Shown here one piece after another: positions 28,271-33,282 of a DNA stretch of 33,282 nt (positions within the stretch are counted from its first letter, which is position 1; the number at the start of each line of letters is the position of its first letter). Made by a program: the position numbers and the translations under genes. Origin of the DNA: Candidatus Heimdallarchaeota archaeon (GTDB lineage: Archaea; Asgardarchaeota; Heimdallarchaeia; Hodarchaeales; Hodarchaeaceae); contig DXJL01000190.1 in NCBI GenBank assembly GCA_019057635.1, positions 1 through 33,282 of the forward strand, read 5' to 3'. The notes beneath the pieces were generated by a model, which made no database searches, was not told the DNA's origin, and saw nothing but the letters and a program-made list of their open reading frames with translations.

Positions 28271-30187
28271 ATGAATACGTCTGTAGAGCTCAAAGAAAGT
28301 CAAGATGAGCAGCAAGACGGTCAAAATGTAGATTTAAAATATGTCCTGATGATCGCTGTTCCCTTCGGATTATTTTTTAACTTCATAAATTTGTACCTTT
28401 CAATATCCATGGGATTTATCTCAATTGGATTAGGTAGTATCTTCGCCCTCTTACTGGGAAAACTACTCCTAGGTAAAAAAGGAATTGATAAACGTTCAAA
28501 TCTCACATTAATAGCTATTGCATTTGGAGCCAGTTTATCTGCTGAAGCCAGTCGCACACTTCTGTTTTTAATTTGGCTAGCTCTACACGCCGATGGAATT
28601 GCAGATTTTGGGTTTGACCGTCCTGCATGGTTACTCCCTGGAGATGACATAATCAATAATACAATCGTATTTAGTGACACATGGATTCAACCAATCTTAG
28701 TACACTGGTTCTTAATGCTCGTTCCAGGTGTAATGGGAATCCTTCTTGGGTTATTTTTGAAAAATAAGTTCATTAATGATGATAAAGAATATCCATTTCC
28801 TGATCAAATAATACAGACAGAAATAATAAACGTATTAACGGAACAAAGTGAAAAATTACCACTATTTATCAAGTCTGCATTACTTGGGTTTGTTTTCAGT
28901 GCATTGACATTATTTCTTGGTTTTAGTTACATTGATATTTCTAAACCTCAGAATGGATGGATCCTTGGACTTTCATTAGGCATAATAGGCGTTGCTTTAT
29001 TTTCAGTTGGTTTTATTATTAATCACCCCAAATTGACCTTTTCAGCTGGGATTGCTTCAGTATGTCTTTATGGCCCAGTTTTGGGGCCATTCTTATTGGA
29101 TAAATATCCTAAAGGAACGGATTTCTATTCTTTTTTTGTATCTGGTTTAGAAGATGTGTACTTATCTTTTACAGTCGGTTTTCTCCTTGGAGCTTTGATA
29201 CTGTCTGGTATTTTTTATTCTATTATCAAAAAAGTGTACGCTAAAGTATTTAAAGGTAAAAATAGATTCATAAAAGAATCAAATAGTGAAAACAATAATG
29301 TAGATGTTACTAATTCATCCAAGGAAGCTATTCATGGAAAAAATAAATTACACCAAAACCTCTCCAAGGATCAAGTGGAGGGAAAAAGTAAGAAAACGCT
29401 TTTTTCCTTAAGAAATATGAATTTTATATTCCTCTATATGGTTTTGTTCATTTTCTGTGTTGGATTTGTTTATCAATTTAGAATTCTTGGAGATAATTTA
29501 TTCGTGACATTCTTAGTTGTTTTTTGGATCATGGGAATAGGTTCTGCCGCGACATTCTACCTGTCTATTTCTAGCTCTGCAAAAACATCAACATCCATTT
29601 CTCCTCCATTTATATTCGATTTATTGCCGATTTATCTAGTAGGAATACGAAATAGCTATACACCCTTTATCGCTTCCCCCGTACCCGAAATTCGTGAAGG
29701 TAGAACCCTAGTAAATCATTATAAATTGGCTCAATTAACAAAAACTGATGAAAAATTTGTTTTAAAGACATTTCTCGTTGGTTACCTTGCTGCTGCAATA
29801 ACTACACCATTCTTTGCATTGATTCTTTGGTCTACAATAGGAATTGGAACCCCCGAATTTCCAGCACCAACCTTTCCATTCGAAGCTGCTCTTATATCAG
29901 TATTTGCATCAGGCGATATAGGTGCAGTAATTGACTTAGCGGAATTGATTATTGGGGGATTATTTGGTATGTTGAGTGGTTCAAACCTAGGTTTAGGAGC
30001 TGTACTTGCGTTTTTATTTCCTCCTCATTTGGCAATTCCAATCACACTTGGAGGTATTTTAAGAATACTTGCCAATAAGAGATATGGTGCTGATTTTGTA
30101 AAAGATAAAGGGGTAACGATTTTGACTGGAGTAAGTGTTGGTGCGAGCGCAGTTTTAATGCCACTAGTATTATTTAGTTTCTTGTGA
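28271..30187 (+). CDS. OPT/YSL-family transporter (divergent)
   Basis: About 16 TM helices, NLY..I.MG, EYPFP, FPAP and closing TG...G pattern. Start at 28271 or 28232. Confidence 0.7.
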   Translation: MNTSVELKESQDEQQDGQNVDLKYVLMIAVPFGLFFNFINLYLSISMGFISIGLGSIFALLLGKLLLGKKGIDKRSNLTLIAIAFGASLSAEASRTLLFLIWLALHADGIADFGFDRPAWLLPGDDIINNTIVFSDTWIQPILVHWFLMLVPGVMGILLGLFLKNKFINDDKEYPFPDQIIQTEIINVLTEQSEKLPLFIKSALLGFVFSALTLFLGFSYIDISKPQNGWILGLSLGIIGVALFSVGFIINHPKLTFSAGIASVCLYGPVLGPFLLDKYPKGTDFYSFFVSGLEDVYLSFTVGFLLGALILSGIFYSIIKKVYAKVFKGKNRFIKESNSENNNVDVTNSSKEAIHGKNKLHQNLSKDQVEGKSKKTLFSLRNMNFIFLYMVLFIFCVGFVYQFRILGDNLFVTFLVVFWIMGIGSAATFYLSISSSAKTSTSISPPFIFDLLPIYLVGIRNSYTPFIASPVPEIREGRTLVNHYKLAQLTKTDEKFVLKTFLVGYLAAAITTPFFALILWSTIGIGTPEFPAPTFPFEAALISVFASGDIGAVIDLAELIIGGLFGMLSGSNLGLGAVLAFLFPPHLAIPITLGGILRILANKRYGADFVKDKGVTILTGVSVGASAVLMPLVLFSFL

Positions 30188-30232
30188 ACAGACTTTTGTG
30201 TTCTATGAGAGAATCATAAGAAAGTGATTCTT

Positions 30233-31273
30233 ATGCGGGAAAATACAATATTAGAGCTTTATGAGACCATGTTGAGAAGTCGTTGCCTAGAAGAAGCGAT
30301 TACTCGACTTTGGGAAGAAGGCTATATTTTTGGTGAAATGCATCTTGGTATTGGGGAAGAAGCGATCATCGCCGGTGTTCTTTCGCATATAATTCCTGGA
30401 GATGCAATAGCCACAGACCATAGGAGTACACCTCCGTTTTTGATGAGAGGTGTTGATCCTGAAGTATTGTTACTGGAATTATTGGGGCATCAAAAGGGGT
30501 TATGCTTAGGAATGGGAGGACATATGCATTTATTTAATCAAGAATTATTATTAACATCATCAGGTATTGTTGGGTCTTCTGGTCCATCTGCTGTTGGTTT
30601 CGCACTGGCAGCAAAATATAGAAAAACGAATAATATTGCTGTTGCGTTTTTTGGAGAAGGTGCTATGAATCAAGGTATGTTGTTAGAATCATTAAATTTA
30701 GCCGCATCAATGAACCTTCCTGTCCTTTTTGTTTGCAAAGATAATAATTGGGCTATTACAACGCAGTCCAATGAAGTCACAGGAGGAGTGTTACTAGATC
30801 GAGTCCGAGGGTTTGGGATTGAGGCTCGTGAAATTGATGGTTCGGATGTTAAGGCTGTCTGGCAAGCTACAAAAACAGCTATTCCAAGGATGCGGGGTGG
30901 CAAGAAATCGCCATATTTTATACAGGCTCATTGTACCCATAAAGAAGGACATTTTTTAGGCGATCCGTTACTCCGTTTTCATCGAGCACCTAAGAAAGAA
31001 TTTGGAGCGGTTACAGGTCCTTTAACGAAATCAGTACTTCACTACAAAGGTGGGCGAATTGATAAAAGAATTGGAAGCGTTGCAAAGGTACTCTCGTTGA
31101 TAGCCAAATCGAGAATGCAATTAAGTGACTCTAAAGATCCAATTAAACGATTAGAGAAGGATCAAAAAGAATTGGGAAAGCAATTCTCTCAAATACAACT
31201 CGCAATACAATCAGAAGTTGATGCTCTAGTTACAGGAGTAATGAATACTTTAAAACAGGAGGTCGCACAATGA
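30233..31273 (+). CDS. TPP-dependent 2-oxoacid/acetoin dehydrogenase E1 alpha (divergent)
   Basis: HLGIGEEA, HR, G.GGHMH, GIVG, TPP motif FGEGAMNQG...KDNNWA, GH...DP, DPI. Confidence 0.9.
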   Translation: MRENTILELYETMLRSRCLEEAITRLWEEGYIFGEMHLGIGEEAIIAGVLSHIIPGDAIATDHRSTPPFLMRGVDPEVLLLELLGHQKGLCLGMGGHMHLFNQELLLTSSGIVGSSGPSAVGFALAAKYRKTNNIAVAFFGEGAMNQGMLLESLNLAASMNLPVLFVCKDNNWAITTQSNEVTGGVLLDRVRGFGIEAREIDGSDVKAVWQATKTAIPRMRGGKKSPYFIQAHCTHKEGHFLGDPLLRFHRAPKKEFGAVTGPLTKSVLHYKGGRIDKRIGSVAKVLSLIAKSRMQLSDSKDPIKRLEKDQKELGKQFSQIQLAIQSEVDALVTGVMNTLKQEVAQ

Positions 31274-32295
31274 GAAAAATGAGCTTTGCTGATGCGATAG
31301 AAAGTGCCTTAAAACAGGCTATGAGCGAAGATCCAAATGTTTTCCTTATTGGAGAAGATCTACATACATTTCGAGTAAACCTTTTAGCTCAATTTGGGAA
31401 AGAAAGAGTTCAATCGACTCCTATCAGTGAAAGCGCTTTCCTTGGGGCAGGTGTGACTGCTGCCATGGCTGGTCTTCGACCAGTTGTAGAAATCATGCTC
31501 ATTGATTTTATTGGAGTCGCAATTGATGCACTTCTTAATCATGCATCAAAAGTATATTCATTTTCAGGAGGAAAATGGAATGTCCCTCTAGTAGTGAGAG
31601 CTAGCTGTGGAGGAGGATATGGGGATGGGGGACAACATGAACAAACATTATGGGGGTGGCTTGCTCATATTCCTGGATTAAATGTCGTAGTTCCTTCAAA
31701 CCCGGCAGATGCTGGACAATTGATGCTTTCTGCTATCGAAGCTGATCATCCTGTTATCTATCTGGAGCATAAACTACTAGCTGATTATTGGCTCGATTAT
31801 ATGGGAACTGGAGGTCGAGAGAATGTCATCTTCGATGTTCCTGACGCTGGAGCCGAGGGAGAGGTACCAGAAAGATGGGAACCATTACCAATAGGGCAAG
31901 CAATTTGTTTACGTCAGGGCACTGATCTTACATTAATCAGCCTAGGAGTTTCTATTCACAGATGTTTAGAGGTAGCTGAAATACTTGCAGAGGAGGATGT
32001 TTCTACTGAAGTTATTGATTTACGTTGGGTCTCTCCTCTAGATACATCGATTATCCTTAACTCTGCATCAAAAACCAAGCGCGTTATTGTGGTTGACGAA
32101 GATTATCTACAATTCGGATTATCAGGTGAAATTGCAGCATTATTGGCGGAAGGAATAGATTCGAAATGTCAATTTGGTAGAGTCTGTACTGAGTCCACCA
32201 TCCCCTTTAATCGGAATTTGGAAGATAAGATATTACCAAATGTAGACCGAATTCTTAAACTCGCAAGAGGATTCACATATGAGAAAAGAAAGTGA
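31270..32295 (+). CDS. TPP-dependent 2-oxoacid/acetoin dehydrogenase E1 beta (divergent)
   Basis: GED, TPISE, GLRPVVEIM, QH.Q, PGLNVVVPS, EHK, EVIDLR..SPLD. ATGA overlap with the alpha gene. Confidence 0.9.
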   Translation: MRKMSFADAIESALKQAMSEDPNVFLIGEDLHTFRVNLLAQFGKERVQSTPISESAFLGAGVTAAMAGLRPVVEIMLIDFIGVAIDALLNHASKVYSFSGGKWNVPLVVRASCGGGYGDGGQHEQTLWGWLAHIPGLNVVVPSNPADAGQLMLSAIEADHPVIYLEHKLLADYWLDYMGTGGRENVIFDVPDAGAEGEVPERWEPLPIGQAICLRQGTDLTLISLGVSIHRCLEVAEILAEEDVSTEVIDLRWVSPLDTSIILNSASKTKRVIVVDEDYLQFGLSGEIAALLAEGIDSKCQFGRVCTESTIPFNRNLEDKILPNVDRILKLARGFTYEKRK

Positions 32296-32323
32296 TCCTT
32301 GAAAGAAATAAAGGTGTTAAACG

Positions 32324-32533
32324 TTGGAACCGATAGATTATGAAGCTGAATATGAAGAAATTAAACGTGTTTTGCTGGAACATGGAGGGGAATTGGATTA
32401 TCGAACATTGAATGAAATTTTAGCGAATAAATTTGAAGGCATCCGTTTACGACTTAAAACCATGAAAGAAAAGGGATTCGTAGAATTTGAAGGAGTTGTT
32501 CCATCCTTTAACTCAAAGATACGTTTGTTATAA
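32324..32533 (+). CDS. Small winged-helix protein resembling the Costars/ABRACL domain
   Basis: AAGGTG RBS before the TTG start. EEIKR...ANKFEGIRLRLKTMKEKGFVEFEG...KIRLL matches the Costars pattern as I recall it. The CDS is likely real; the family call is tentative. Confidence 0.6.
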   Translation: MEPIDYEAEYEEIKRVLLEHGGELDYRTLNEILANKFEGIRLRLKTMKEKGFVEFEGVVPSFNSKIRLL

Positions 32534-32541
32534 TACTCACT

Positions 32542-33282
32542 TTATATGGTTGGTTCCTCTGATATTTTAATGATGAGTTTTCCCTTATTTGTTCCATCAA
32601 ACAGTTTATTAAACGTTCTTGGGGCATTTTCTAATCCCTCTACAATTTCTTCACGGTAAAGAAGCTTTTTGCTGGTGTACCAAGAGTATAGGTCAGGAAT
32701 TGCTTCCATCATTCTTTGCAAATAATCTGTGACGAGAAATCCTTTTATGGTTGCCCGTTTTAATAATATATTCCCAAAATTGTAAGGCCCAGGGACTTTT
32801 TCAGTAGCATTGTATTGAGAGATGAGACCACAGATGATGACCCGTGCATTTAAGTTTAAATTACCGAGTGCTGCATCAAGGATTTTTCCTCCAACATTAG
32901 CAAAGTAAATATCAATCCCATTGGGGATTAATTCTTTCAAACGGTTGAAGACTGATTCAGTCTTATAGTTAATTGCTGCATCAAATCCCAATTCATTAGT
33001 TAGCCAGTTACATTTTTCCCCAGTACCTGCTATACCGATAACACGACATCCTTTAATTTTTCCGATTTGTCCTACAAGCGATCCAACAGCTCCTGCAGCT
33101 GCTGAAACAACCAAGGTTTCACCCTCTTTTGGCTCACCAATGTCTAAAAGACCGAAATATGCGGTTAATCCAATCATACCATATAGATTAAGAAAGGCAG
33201 GCAGAGGAACATTTGGTAAAGAAGGAATTATAGTTAACCATCCTGAACCATCACTTCTGGCATAATCTTGCCAACCTAATAA
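32542..33282 (-). CDS. NADP-dependent oxidoreductase (PTGR/CurA-like MDR family), 5'-truncated by the window edge
   Basis: The frame is open to 33282 (LLGWQDYA...GMIGLTAYFGL), with VSAAAGAVGS, GFDAAINYK, CGLISQYN, G.NKGK. Confidence 0.93.
   Translation of the reverse strand, partial: LLGWQDYARSDGSGWLTIIPSLPNVPLPAFLNLYGMIGLTAYFGLLDIGEPKEGETLVVSAAAGAVGSLVGQIGKIKGCRVIGIAGTGEKCNWLTNELGFDAAINYKTESVFNRLKELIPNGIDIYFANVGGKILDAALGNLNLNARVIICGLISQYNATEKVPGPYNFGNILLKRATIKGFLVTDYLQRMMEAIPDLYSWYTSKKLLYREEIVEGLENAPRTFNKLFDGTNKGKLIIKISEEPTI

Noticed and set aside
1260-31273. Short overlapping ORFs in the track (e.g. 1260, 2486, 3135, 4381, 5326, 5432, 8643, 10021, 11356, 11607, 12445, 14800, 15222, 15771, 16355, 16598, 19855, 20640, 22919, 26940, 28321, 30670)
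   Set aside because: They are shadow or alternative frames inside well-supported genes, with no motifs recognised.
1-33282. CRISPR arrays, tRNA/rRNA, transposases, integrases, inteins
   Set aside because: I saw no spaced direct repeats, GC-rich structured RNA blocks or mobile-element motifs. Inspection was by eye only.

Overview
AT-rich, gene-dense archaeal-type window (GGTGA/GGAGG ribosome-binding sites, TATA-like promoters, T-tract terminators). Gene content and style suggest an Asgard-like archaeon; this is inference only. The left half holds two minus-strand redox operons. Operon 1 is mvhG-mvhA-hdrA/mvhD fusion-hdrC-hdrB (group 3c [NiFe] hydrogenase/heterodisulfide reductase), with a hydrogenase maturation protease upstream. 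Operon 2 is hdrD-like, tandem double hdrA, mvhD and a qmoC-like membrane cytochrome b, transcribed divergently from a lone gcvH. The middle is a heme module: ccmC-ccmD(unannotated)-ccmA-ccmB with no ccmE/F in the window, a SufR-like regulator, a secreted DOMON-type heme protein and a stand-alone di-heme cytochrome b. The right half has an M50 protease, a CBS-flanked 2-oxoacid:ferredoxin oxidoreductase, an msrB interrupted by an in-frame TGA (missed by the ORF track), a methyltransferase, msrA, an OPT transporter, a divergent E1 alpha/beta pair without E2/E3, a 69-aa protein resembling the eukaryotic actin-associated Costars/ABRACL domain, and a partial NADP-dependent oxidoreductase. I saw no rRNA, tRNA, CRISPR array or mobile element. 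All assignments come from motif recognition by eye; no searches were run.
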